Part shown: positions 1 to 8,186 of the stretch, in pieces
How the letters are laid out: every line of letters begins with the position of its first letter
How positions within the stretch are numbered: position 1 is the first letter of the stretch
NCBI GenBank assembly: GCA_964637655.1
Contig: CAZWUZ010000009.1
Location: forward strand, 1 to 33,682
Length of the DNA stretch: 33,682 nucleotides
Direction of reading: 5' to 3'
Origin: an uncultured bacterium
GTDB lineage: Bacteria; DAOPZR01
Program-made: the position numbers and the translations under genes
The notes under the pieces: model-generated
Seen by the model: the letters and a program-made list of their open reading frames with translations, nothing else
The model's database searches: none
What the model was told of the DNA's origin: nothing

Positions 1-63
1 GCCTGGTAGCGCATCTGCTTTGGGAGCAGAGGGTCGCGAGTTCGAATCTCGCCGCCCCGACCA
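1..63 (+). tRNA. tRNA-Pro(TGG), 5' end cut off by the window edge
   Basis: D-loop remnant CCTGGTAGC, anticodon arm TCTGC-TTTGGGA-GCAGA (anticodon TGG), T-loop GTTCGAATC, acceptor 3' strand GCCCCG-A-CCA. Confidence 0.96.
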
Positions 64-81
64 CCACGACGGAGGTGCCGG

Positions 82-645
82 ATGGAAACACTCCTGAGTG
101 TCTGTCTTGGTATCGGCCTCGCGGCCGCGTGTGGTTTCCGTGTCTTTGTGCCGTTTCTGCTGGTGAGTATCGCGGCGAAAGCGGGACATCTCGAACTTGA
201 CCCGATGTTCGCGTGGGTCGGCACCTGGCCGGCACTCATCACCTTTGCCGTCGCCACCGTGGCGGAAATCCTCGCCTACTATGTCCCGTGGGTGGACAAC
301 GTGCTCGATACCGCCGCCGCGCCCATCGCGGTGGTGGCGGGGACCGTGATCACGGCGTCTGTGGCGACTGATATCACCCCGTGGCTCAAGTGGACGCTGG
401 CGGTCATTGCCGGCGGCGGCGCCGCCGGAGTGACGCAGGCGGCGACCATGGGCGCGCGCTGGCTCTCAACCACCTTCACCGGCGGGCTCGGCAACTGGGC
501 GGTCAACACCATCGAGTCGATCGGCGCCTTCGTCATGTCACTGGTGGCGATGCTGCTGCCGCTGCTCGTCCTGCTCCTGCTCTGCCTGCTGCTTGCTGTC
601 GTGATCCTCTGGCTGGTGAAGCGCAGCCAGCCGCGGGTGGCGTGA
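82..645 (+). CDS. DUF4126-family integral membrane protein
   Basis: RBS GGAGG; N-terminal LGIGLAAACGFRVFVP and EILAYYVPWVDNVLD motifs typical of DUF4126; several hydrophobic helices. Confidence 0.85.
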   Translation: METLLSVCLGIGLAAACGFRVFVPFLLVSIAAKAGHLELDPMFAWVGTWPALITFAVATVAEILAYYVPWVDNVLDTAAAPIAVVAGTVITASVATDITPWLKWTLAVIAGGGAAGVTQAATMGARWLSTTFTGGLGNWAVNTIESIGAFVMSLVAMLLPLLVLLLLCLLLAVVILWLVKRSQPRVA

Positions 646-652
646 GGAGATT

Positions 653-1087
653 ATGGCCGACGCGAAGGATTTTTGCACCGCCTGTCACGCGGAACGCATC
701 GACAAGCCGTGGGGCTACGAGGTCATCTTCACGCCGCCGAAACTTGAGCGCACCGGCAAGCTGATCTTCGTGCGCGCCGGCTGCAAACTCTCGCTGCAGT
801 ACCATGACGAGAAGGAGGAGACCTTCTGCCTCGTCTCGGGCGAGGCGGTCATCTGGATCGAGAACAGTCGCGGCGAGATCGAGCGCAAGCCGATGGAACA
901 TCATGGCGGCTACACCATCACCCCGGGCCAGAAACACCGCATCGAGGCCGTCACCGACGCGATGATTTTCGAGGTCTCCTGCCCCGAAACGGGAACCACC
1001 GTGCGCGTCAGCGACGACTACGAGCGCCCGCACGAGACCGACCTCGACCGTCAGCGCCCCAACCGCGGCTGGCAGCAGGAACCGTAG
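653..1087 (+). CDS. Cupin-domain protein (mannose-6-phosphate isomerase C-terminal-like)
   Basis: KPWGYE, LSLQYHDEKEET and PGQKHRIEA cupin metal motifs; VRVSDDY tail; RBS GAGGAG. Confidence 0.88.
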   Translation: MADAKDFCTACHAERIDKPWGYEVIFTPPKLERTGKLIFVRAGCKLSLQYHDEKEETFCLVSGEAVIWIENSRGEIERKPMEHHGGYTITPGQKHRIEAVTDAMIFEVSCPETGTTVRVSDDYERPHETDLDRQRPNRGWQQEP

Positions 1088-1156
1088 CGCGCTTTCCCGT
1101 CGTTGGCCGGCATGTCTGTCGTCCTGACCATGCCGGCACTGCCGCCGTCCCTGGCG

Positions 1157-1185
1157 TTGACATCCCGTCGTATATCGTTTATAAC
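1157..1185 (+). promoter_or_regulatory. sigma70 promoter of tRNA-Arg
   Basis: TTGACA (1157-1162), 17-nt spacer, TATAAC (1180-1185), 11 nt before the tRNA. Confidence 0.8.
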
Positions 1186-1196
1186 AACTGCACGAT

Positions 1197-1273
1197 GCGC
1201 CCGTAGCTCAGCTGGATAGAGCGCTTGCCTCCGGAGCAAGAGGTCACAGGTTCGAATCCTGTCGGGCGTACCA
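1197..1273 (+). tRNA. tRNA-Arg(CCG)
   Basis: 77-nt cloverleaf: GCGCCCG/CGGGCGT acceptor stem, anticodon arm CTTGC-CTCCGGA-GCAAG, GGTTCGAATCC T-loop, encoded CCA. Confidence 0.97.
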
Positions 1274-1284
1274 ATTGTTGAGAT

Positions 1285-1325
1285 ATCCCGAGGGGTTATG
1301 CCTTCGGGATTTTCTTTGTCTTTCC
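1285..1325 (+). terminator. Rho-independent terminator after tRNA-Arg
   Basis: Stem ATCCCGAGGG / CCTTCGGGAT (one G-U pair) followed by T-rich TTTCTTTGTCTTT. Confidence 0.7.
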
Positions 1326-1682
1326 TGTATTTTCCTGTTTTCACTGAAAATGGGGACCAAAAAAGGACCAAGTATTTTCAACGGCAAAGACGGGGGAAGG
1401 TGTGCCCTTAGTATTCCCTTGCTGACCGTCCGACTCGCCCCGGCCCCGCTGGCAGGCTCGCGGTCGCCGCCTCAGACACCGGCAGGGGGCTCTGCGGGCG
1501 CCGCTGCCGCGCCGTGAGGCCCATGCCCGCGTCCTAGGTGCGGTAGCGCGGACTGCCCGCGAGGGATGGAAAACGGCAGGACACGCAGGGTCTGGCGGAC
1601 GCCGTACACGTAGCGGGCAGGAACATGGGCGCGAAAGAACGGTCCCGCCAGCAGGCGGGAAGGCGACAAGGAAAATAGCGTT

Positions 1683-1719
1683 TTCTGCTACATCTTGAAT
1701 GTAGCAGAATCTGCTACAT
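1683..1719. promoter_or_regulatory. Triple alternating TCTGCTACAT repeat (putative XRE operator)
   Basis: TTCTGCTACAT-cttga-ATGTAGCAGAA is a perfect 11-bp inverted repeat; it overlaps ATGTAGCAGA-a-TCTGCTACAT; both sit directly before the RBS of the XRE-HD-GYP gene. Confidence 0.7.
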
Positions 1720-1736
1720 CTGATTAGGAGGGAGAC

Positions 1737-2588
1737 ATGAAGACACTGACAGAGGCTGGGATAAGCATCGTGCCGACGCCGCTCGGGCTGCGCTACGTTC
1801 GGGCGCAGCTGGGGCTGGCGCAGGACGAGCTCGCCGCGGCGATTGGCGTGTCCTTTGCGACCGTCAATAGGTGGGAGAGGAACCGGTACGAACCGACCGC
1901 GGACAATCGGGCGGCGCTCGAAAGGTTCTGCCGGAAGAAGGGCGTCGACTACGAGAGCTACCAGATAGGGATGGTGATGCTGAAGGTCATCAGCAACGCC
2001 GACGCCTACACGGGAGGGCACTGCCACCGCGTCTGCGTCCTCGCCGGACTGCTCGGGCGGCGCATGCAGGGCGTCGACGTCGAGGCCCTGAAGACGGCGG
2101 CCATACTCCACGACCTGGGGAAGGTGTTCGTCGACCACGGCCTGGTGAAGAAGCGGGGCCGGTACACGAGCGGGGAGCGCGAGAAGATGAAGGAGCATGC
2201 GGGGGCGGGCGGCATCCTGGTCGCGATGCTGATGGTCAGCCATCCCCTGGCGTCCACCATCGTGCGGCAGCATCACGAGCGGCTCGACGGAGGCGGCTAC
2301 TACAGGACCCCCGGACACAAGATTATCGTGGAGTCGCGGATACTCGCGGTATGCGACGTGTTCGACGCCCTCACGACGACCAGGAGCTACCGCCCGGCGA
2401 TGGCCATGGAGATTGCCATGGACAAGATGAAGAAGGACAACGGGCTCGACCAGCAGGTCGTCAAGCTCCTGGAAAGGGTCCTGCGCGACCCCAAGGTCCT
2501 CGGCGACCTGGAGAGCGACGACCACCTGTACGTCTTCCAGGACCGCAGGGCGTTCTACGGGAAGGCGCGGCGCGGCAGGCAGCGGTAG
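1737..2588 (+). CDS. XRE/Cro helix-turn-helix fused to an HD-GYP-type phosphohydrolase
   Basis: N-term VRAQLGLAQDELAAAIGVSFATVNRWE (HTH_3); C-term DAYTGGHCHRV, LHDLGK, MKEH, HHERLDGGGYY (GYP changed to GYY), RILAVCDVFDALTTTRSYR; RBS AGGAGG. Confidence 0.88.
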   Translation: MKTLTEAGISIVPTPLGLRYVRAQLGLAQDELAAAIGVSFATVNRWERNRYEPTADNRAALERFCRKKGVDYESYQIGMVMLKVISNADAYTGGHCHRVCVLAGLLGRRMQGVDVEALKTAAILHDLGKVFVDHGLVKKRGRYTSGEREKMKEHAGAGGILVAMLMVSHPLASTIVRQHHERLDGGGYYRTPGHKIIVESRILAVCDVFDALTTTRSYRPAMAMEIAMDKMKKDNGLDQQVVKLLERVLRDPKVLGDLESDDHLYVFQDRRAFYGKARRGRQR

Positions 2589-2682
2589 TGGCGTAGCGAG
2601 CGGCTCGGCCGGGGGAGGCGGGTATGATGCGCTCTGCATGTGTCCCTCTCCCGGCCTGTCCGCGTTCCTCACGGTACAGGCC

Positions 2683-2740
2683 AAAATAATCCTTCCCGAA
2701 CCGCTTTCCCTGCCTACTCTATAGTAGGAGGTGCCGGGTC
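2683..2740 (+). repeat. Conserved upstream element, copy A (copy B at 10983-11039)
   Basis: AAAAT..CTTCCC.AACC...TTCC..TGCCT.CTCTATA..AG.GAGG shared with the region before the ATG at 11040. Confidence 0.6.
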
Positions 2741-3073
2741 ATGCAGAACCAGCTCATGAACGCCGCAGTCGCGGCGTCCCTGCCGCCGCTCTACTCGCAG
2801 GAGGAGAAGGGCGATGCGGCGCTCGCGATGGTGAAATACTTCTGCCTGTCATCCAACTGGACATGGTATGCGACCGAGTACGACCCGGTCGAGAAGACCT
2901 TTTTCGGCCTCGTTCACGGCTTCGAGGTCGAACTGGGCTATTTCACGCTTGCGGAATTCGAGGAACTGAACGCTTCGTCAGTCTTCCCGGTCATCGAGCG
3001 GGACCTGCACTGGCAGCCGAAGAGCATTGCCGCCATTAGGCAGGAGATAGAGGAAAATGGAGGCTGCCGGTGA
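2741..3073 (+). CDS. DUF2958-family protein
   Basis: LPPLYSQE, VKYF...WTWYATEYD, FFGLVHGFEVELGYF.LAE and IERDLHW are characteristic; RBS GGAGG. Confidence 0.88.
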   Translation: MQNQLMNAAVAASLPPLYSQEEKGDAALAMVKYFCLSSNWTWYATEYDPVEKTFFGLVHGFEVELGYFTLAEFEELNASSVFPVIERDLHWQPKSIAAIRQEIEENGGCR

Positions 3074-3165
3074 ACCCTTCCGGCGAACTCATCTTCTGGC
3101 GTAGAGCCAAACCTTCGATTGAAAATTCGTTGATGCGACGATGGAATATCGGGAGAGGCAGGCTG

Positions 3166-3399
3166 CTACATATTGTTGTCGAGTTTGATGAACCATGTAA
3201 TCTTCTTATGATACAGCTTGGCATACGTCGCGAGTTCGATGGCGTCAATGCGCCGCTCGCCAGACTCGCACTTCGAAACGAAGGACTGAGGCCGCTTTAT
3301 CGCGATTGCAACCTGACTTTGGGTCAAGCCGGCCAGCTGTCGGGCATCCCGCAGGCGCCGAAGCATCTCTTGATATTGCTTGTTATAAGTGGTTGTCAT
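3166..3399 (-). CDS. Small XRE-family transcriptional regulator (77 aa)
   Basis: MTTTYNKQYQEMLRRLRDARQLAGLTQSQVAIAIKRPQSFVSKCESGERRIDAIEL, a classic HTH_3 domain; likely start is the ATG at 3399, not 3744 as in the ORF track. Confidence 0.9.
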   Translation of the reverse strand: MTTTYNKQYQEMLRRLRDARQLAGLTQSQVAIAIKRPQSFVSKCESGERRIDAIELATYAKLYHKKITWFIKLDNNM

Positions 3400-3426
3400 G
3401 CAACAATGATAACTGCCGGCAGTGCA

Positions 3427-3495
3427 ATATCCCAAAATAGGATATGCAAATTGCTTGACGTTGACAGTTGGGCGACAATATCCTATATTGGGATA
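3427..3495. promoter_or_regulatory. Two related imperfect palindromes (putative operators) with an overlapping sigma70 promoter
   Basis: ATATCCCAAAATAGGATAT (3427-3445) and its near reverse complement ATATCCTATATTGGGATA (3478-3495); TTGACA 3461-3466, 17 nt, TATATT 3484-3489 inside the second site. Confidence 0.65.
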
Positions 3496-3555
3496 ATTGC
3501 GAACGACCGCTCTCGGCTTGTTGACGTCGGTCCAGGCAAAAGGAATAGAGCCATC

Positions 3556-4242
3556 GTGAAACTGGCGACAACCGTCCTGCTCATCGCCTTGGCCTGGCCG
3601 ACAATCCTGCTGGCGGATGGCCGGCACATACCGGTCGAGCGCGTCCGCGTCGGGTCCGCACCCGCTGCCGGATACGAGGAACAGCCGAATGTCCCCTATG
3701 GACACGTATATGTGCCGCCCCCGCCTCCCGAGCCGGCGGAGCAACCCTACGGACAGGGCTATGGCATGGAATACAGGTACGGGTTGCAGGAGTCGCCCCG
3801 CGTGGCTCCGGACGGGCGGTCCGCGTTGGCGGTTCCCCGGCGCGCAGGCGGCCTCGGCATCGGCCTGTGCTACACCGGCCCGCTGGCGAGGTACTTCGTC
3901 ACGGACAGGCTAGCCGTCGAGCTGCGCGACTACATCGACGGCGACGCCATCGTAATCGCGCCCCGCCTGATGGGCCTGTTCGACCTCCCCAAGAGCGAGT
4001 TCTACGAGTTCTGCTACTACGGAGTCGAGGTAGGGCACGTGAACTTCCGCGGGCGCGTATCCCGGGGCGGGGGGAACACCGCGGGGTTCTTCGTCGGCAT
4101 CGAGAAGGAGATATTCGAGGATGTAATGCTGAACGTGGACGCGGGCCCGTACTGGATAGACATCAAGGACCGCCAGACCAGCATCAGGGAGTCCGGCGTG
4201 GACTTCGTGGTCAACTCGTCCGTCGTCTGGATGCTGAGGTGA
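3556..4242 (+). CDS. Exported protein with a Pro/Tyr-rich N-terminus and a small outer-membrane beta-barrel
   Basis: GTG start; signal peptide VKLATTVLLIALAWPTILLA; alternating beta-strand pattern (GLGIGLCY, YYGVEVGHVNF, GFFVGIEKEI, VDFVVNSSVVWML). Confidence 0.65.
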   Translation: MKLATTVLLIALAWPTILLADGRHIPVERVRVGSAPAAGYEEQPNVPYGHVYVPPPPPEPAEQPYGQGYGMEYRYGLQESPRVAPDGRSALAVPRRAGGLGIGLCYTGPLARYFVTDRLAVELRDYIDGDAIVIAPRLMGLFDLPKSEFYEFCYYGVEVGHVNFRGRVSRGGGNTAGFFVGIEKEIFEDVMLNVDAGPYWIDIKDRQTSIRESGVDFVVNSSVVWMLR

Positions 4243-4250
4243 AGAATTCC

Positions 4251-6905
4251 ATGAAAGCCCTGTTTGCGCTCATGGCGCTGGCGATGCTGGCGGCCCCCGC
4301 GACGTCCGTCGAGGCCGCCCTGCGGTTCGGGACGGGCAGCGCTGTCAGTCACCGCGTGGAGGAACTCGACAGGAGGATTGAGGAGCAGCAGCGCCTGAAC
4401 AACACGAGCAACATCAACTCACCCGACGTGGAACTGATGGACAACGTAAAGGTACTCGATGGCGCGTCCGCCCAGAAGATGACCTCCATAAGCTCCGACA
4501 GCGGCACCTTCAAGTTTTCCTCGACCACGGAGCAGCTCGTATCCCTCGACGTCGGCGACGTGCTTGTCGTACTGGCGAGCGATACCAACCATTTTCCGCT
4601 CATGCGGGTGATAACCGGAATCGAGCCCGATGGGGCCGGGATGACCATCGTCACCCGTCAGGCGGCGATTACCGAGGTCATCAAGCGGTGCGACCTGGCC
4701 GTGACGCACACGTTCACGATAGACGACTTCCAATGGCAGGATACCGGCCCGGTGGCAGCCATGGCGCCCGCCTTCATTCCGCAGAACCGCATGGCTAGTC
4801 GCACATCCGACCGGGTGGAGGCGCCTGCGATGGCGCCACCGCTGGCGCCCGAACTGGTGCACATGCCGGACATGACCGTCACGATGGAGGGCAGCAGGAT
4901 ACGCATTGACGTGAAGTTTGACAGCATCGCGATATACGATGCCGACGGCAATCTCGGCACCACGGCCGACCAAATCGTTGCGAATGGCTCGTTGGTCGTC
5001 TATCCGATTGATGTCACGCCAAAACTGGTAGTCAGCTACGGCAGAGTGCAACTGGCTGAAATACAAATGAATTGTGAAATACAAGGCCGGGTTGACTACA
5101 CATGGGGAGTCAGCATCAGTGGTAGGAAGTATTTCCCGAGTATTCCGGACATCCCAATTGCCCCTATCCCGCTGATTCCGCCGCCCTGCCCGCCATTTCT
5201 CTACATCCAGCCGGTTTTTTCGGCCGGGATAGTGGTTGAGGGAGAAATATCCGGGAAGGTGGTCACTGCGGTATATGCTACAGCGAAAGTCGGTGTTATC
5301 GGGAGATGGACTCCGGAGAAGGAAGTCGAGGTATTCCCCACATGGTCGATTGATGTCGACTACGACGAGCCGAACGTGGCGGTTACTGGAACCGTGAATG
5401 CTACGGGGTTGCTGGGGCTTGCGGGATACCTTGATTCATGTGTTGGCATAAAGGTTCAGGCGGGTTTCTACGGAAAGGCGGAAATTGACGCGGTCAGACC
5501 GCCATACCCGTGGTGGAGACTATCAGCCGGCACGACAGTCATTGGAAGCCTATCGTTCAGAAGCGACGCCGTGTATGAAAAAGCAATGGCATTTATGGGA
5601 ATCGACAAATTTCCCCAGATTGTTGGTGAGTGGGAGTGGTGGGAGCGTGAAGCCACATGCACCGGCACTCTGCAGGTAAGGACCAATGATGCCAGGTCGC
5701 ACATATACGTCGATAACGTTTGCGTAGCAACTGACAACTATTCAGGGGCAGTGGACGCCAAGGCTCACCTGATTCATTACGGGCCGATTGCCGGCATGAA
5801 GGCACCGCCGGACACGACAGTCACGGTCGTATACGCCGAGACCACCGTAGTGTACGGCGAATACCTGCCCGACACGGGCATCCTGTCCATCGGCACCAAC
5901 AGGAACGACGCCCGCATTTACGTCAACGGGCAGCAGGTCGCGCTCGGCGGCTATACCTCCGTCGTTCGTCCGGGGCAGTATGTCGTCAGCTTCGGGCCGG
6001 TGGCCGGGAAGGCCACGCCGCCCGACAGGACCGTCACGGTTGTCGCCGGCGGAACGGTGAACACCTACGGCGAGTACAAGGACTTCGCCGTCCTCAACCT
6101 GAGCACGAACATTCCTGGCTCGCCCGTCTTCGTCAATGCCGTCGATGTGGGGGGAGCACCGTGCCAGCTGCAGCTGTATCCCGGCTACTACCAGGTCGTT
6201 TTCGGCGATGTCGAATCGTACATGTTCATGGCCGACAACACGCCCTGGCCGGCGGATGTCCGCGCCTTCTTCGGCGACACGACGGGATTCCTGCCCGGCA
6301 ACCCCGCGGCCGGAATCCTGGAGGCGGGACAGACGTACAATCTCGTGGGGAACTATGTCGAGTCAGGGGAGCTGGCCTTCAACGCCGGCGTAACCCTTAC
6401 CTACAACGGATACCCGGCTGTCGACCCGTGGAACATGCTGTGTCGGGCTCCGGTCCCGGTCGGGTCGTACGACGTGGGCGCCGGCACTGTCGACGGTTTC
6501 ATCTGCGTAAGGGGGAGCGCGCCATGGGTCGCCGGGCCGACGAGCGCGGCGAGTGCGACGGGCGGCTGGACCGTCGCGTCGACTATGGAGGGGTTCTCCG
6601 GCACCGACCGCGTGGAAATCGGGCACGGCACCGTCTCCCTTTTTGACGTGTGGGCGGCCCCTTCCCTGTCCGTCGAGTTCGGGAACATAGGCTCGGACGG
6701 CGAACCCTGGCACCAGGCCACGTCCCTGACGGACAACCGCGGGGTGAAGGTGTACGTCGACGGCGTGTTCTGGAACGGCGGCCCGCTGCCGTACGGCGAG
6801 CATGTCGTGAGCTTCGAGAATTCGAACAACTACGGCCATCCCGACCCGGTGACGGTGACCACCTCGCCTGACCGGGTGACGCGCGTCTATGTCCGATACT
6901 ACTGA
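4251..6905 (+). CDS. Large secreted/surface protein with C-terminal PEGA-like repeats (884 aa)
   Basis: Signal peptide MKALFALMALAMLAAPATSVEA; repeats of the form GTL.V.TN...A.IYV.....PG.Y.V.FG.V.G...P.D.TVTV....T....GEY. Confidence 0.72.
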   Translation: MKALFALMALAMLAAPATSVEAALRFGTGSAVSHRVEELDRRIEEQQRLNNTSNINSPDVELMDNVKVLDGASAQKMTSISSDSGTFKFSSTTEQLVSLDVGDVLVVLASDTNHFPLMRVITGIEPDGAGMTIVTRQAAITEVIKRCDLAVTHTFTIDDFQWQDTGPVAAMAPAFIPQNRMASRTSDRVEAPAMAPPLAPELVHMPDMTVTMEGSRIRIDVKFDSIAIYDADGNLGTTADQIVANGSLVVYPIDVTPKLVVSYGRVQLAEIQMNCEIQGRVDYTWGVSISGRKYFPSIPDIPIAPIPLIPPPCPPFLYIQPVFSAGIVVEGEISGKVVTAVYATAKVGVIGRWTPEKEVEVFPTWSIDVDYDEPNVAVTGTVNATGLLGLAGYLDSCVGIKVQAGFYGKAEIDAVRPPYPWWRLSAGTTVIGSLSFRSDAVYEKAMAFMGIDKFPQIVGEWEWWEREATCTGTLQVRTNDARSHIYVDNVCVATDNYSGAVDAKAHLIHYGPIAGMKAPPDTTVTVVYAETTVVYGEYLPDTGILSIGTNRNDARIYVNGQQVALGGYTSVVRPGQYVVSFGPVAGKATPPDRTVTVVAGGTVNTYGEYKDFAVLNLSTNIPGSPVFVNAVDVGGAPCQLQLYPGYYQVVFGDVESYMFMADNTPWPADVRAFFGDTTGFLPGNPAAGILEAGQTYNLVGNYVESGELAFNAGVTLTYNGYPAVDPWNMLCRAPVPVGSYDVGAGTVDGFICVRGSAPWVAGPTSAASATGGWTVASTMEGFSGTDRVEIGHGTVSLFDVWAAPSLSVEFGNIGSDGEPWHQATSLTDNRGVKVYVDGVFWNGGPLPYGEHVVSFENSNNYGHPDPVTVTTSPDRVTRVYVRYY

Positions 6906-7045
6906 CGCTGCATGCCCGCATGCTGCAGGGGTGTCCTGGACAGTTCCCGGAGAGACTGGCGGATTTTAGTTGACGGGTATGAAGAACATGGCGGATATCC
7001 AGAGATGTCTCGGAGAAGACGAATCATGGGAGCAGGAGGCGTAGA

Positions 7046-8155
7046 TTGAACCAGTTTCCGATAAAGGCGATACTGCTTCCGCTGCTGGTCCTGCCACTGC
7101 TCCTGGCCTGCGTCTTGGGTGTCGCCATGTTCGGCGCTATATCGAAGGTGAGCGGACTCAGCCTCGACGAACTTAGCACTCTCGTAAAGGTGCTGATATT
7201 CTTTTCCATCATATACCGTCTGGCGTACTGGCAGGCGGTCTTCCATTGGCATGTCCGCTCGGTCAGGTATTTCGCCCTTGGCATTGCGACGGGCGCATGG
7301 TTGCTGCTGTGCCTCGCCATGCTGGTCTTCTTCAGGTTCGGCTTTCCCGAGACGCTGTTCTGGATGTGCTTCTATGCCTGGCTGGGCCTCTGGGAAGGCA
7401 GAAAATTCGCGCACGCTTGGCGCGCGGCATTGGCCCGGAAACTGTACTGTCACAAGTGCGGCGCTGAATACGAACTCGACAACGAATGGACCTGCGGCTG
7501 CGGGGAAACGAGCCGGCGCAAGCATCCGGCGGAGAAATGCCAAAAGTGCAGGGAAAGGATAGGCTTCATCGACTGCTTGCAGTGTGGCACGAAAATCGGT
7601 ACGCACATCAACCAGAAGTTCCCGAAGGGCTATCCGTCGCTGCTGACACAGCTGAAGGATTTGTTCGGCGGCAAGGGCGGAACATCGCGTCCCGAACCGG
7701 CTCCGGCGCGAGTAGCGCAGCCTCAGCCGAAGGCCCCGGACAAGCTGGCGCGGACCACCCCGGAACCGAACCAGACACCGGCAAATGGGCCACAACAACA
7801 GCTTGATAGCGACACGTCGAGTGACCTGGACGACCTGCGCGTGGTCGTCGCAGATGTCGCCGACGACCTGGACGTGTTCGAACGCCTGGGCAAGGCATTC
7901 CTTGCGTGGCAGCGCACCAAGGCCGAGCAGGAGAGCCAGGCGCTGAACGGACTCGTAGCGGAAATGCAACGCGACAAGGTCGCCTATACCGTGCAGGAAC
8001 TGCAAAAGGAACTGGTGCAGCAAGCCAAGACGTGCCCACTGCGCACGCTGGGCAAGGTTCTGTATGTCCATTATGCGGTCAAGAAACTAGAAACGGCAAA
8101 CGAGATTCTGCGGAGATTGGCGCCGCATGCGATGCGGGAACTCGAGTCTCGATAA
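7046..8155 (+). CDS. Membrane protein: about 4 TM helices, double Zn ribbon, Pro-rich linker, helical C-terminus
   Basis: TTG start after GGAGG; hydrophobic first ~115 aa; CHKC, CGCG, CQKC and CLQC motifs. Confidence 0.7.
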   Translation: MNQFPIKAILLPLLVLPLLLACVLGVAMFGAISKVSGLSLDELSTLVKVLIFFSIIYRLAYWQAVFHWHVRSVRYFALGIATGAWLLLCLAMLVFFRFGFPETLFWMCFYAWLGLWEGRKFAHAWRAALARKLYCHKCGAEYELDNEWTCGCGETSRRKHPAEKCQKCRERIGFIDCLQCGTKIGTHINQKFPKGYPSLLTQLKDLFGGKGGTSRPEPAPARVAQPQPKAPDKLARTTPEPNQTPANGPQQQLDSDTSSDLDDLRVVVADVADDLDVFERLGKAFLAWQRTKAEQESQALNGLVAEMQRDKVAYTVQELQKELVQQAKTCPLRTLGKVLYVHYAVKKLETANEILRRLAPHAMRELESR

Positions 8156-8186
8156 CTGAATGACTATCTCACAGGAGGGTACTGCG

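Noticed and set aside
1106-1137. Inverted repeat GCCGGCATG/CATGCCGGC after the cupin gene
   Set aside because: It has a 9-bp stem, a long loop and no U-tract; it may be an ordinary terminator or stabiliser and is too weak to call.
1341-2684. 447-aa minus-strand ORF and other long antisense ORFs (6899-8071, 16845-18545, 18636-19871, 19381-20808, 22569-23645)
   Set aside because: They are shadows of well-supported plus-strand genes in GC-rich DNA and carry no recognisable motifs.
3070-3555. N-terminal extension of the 3070-4242 ORF (and likewise 3867-4250 of the 1012-aa ORF)
   Set aside because: The extensions overlap the antisense XRE gene and promoter, or the barrel gene; signal peptides begin at GTG 3556 and ATG 4251.
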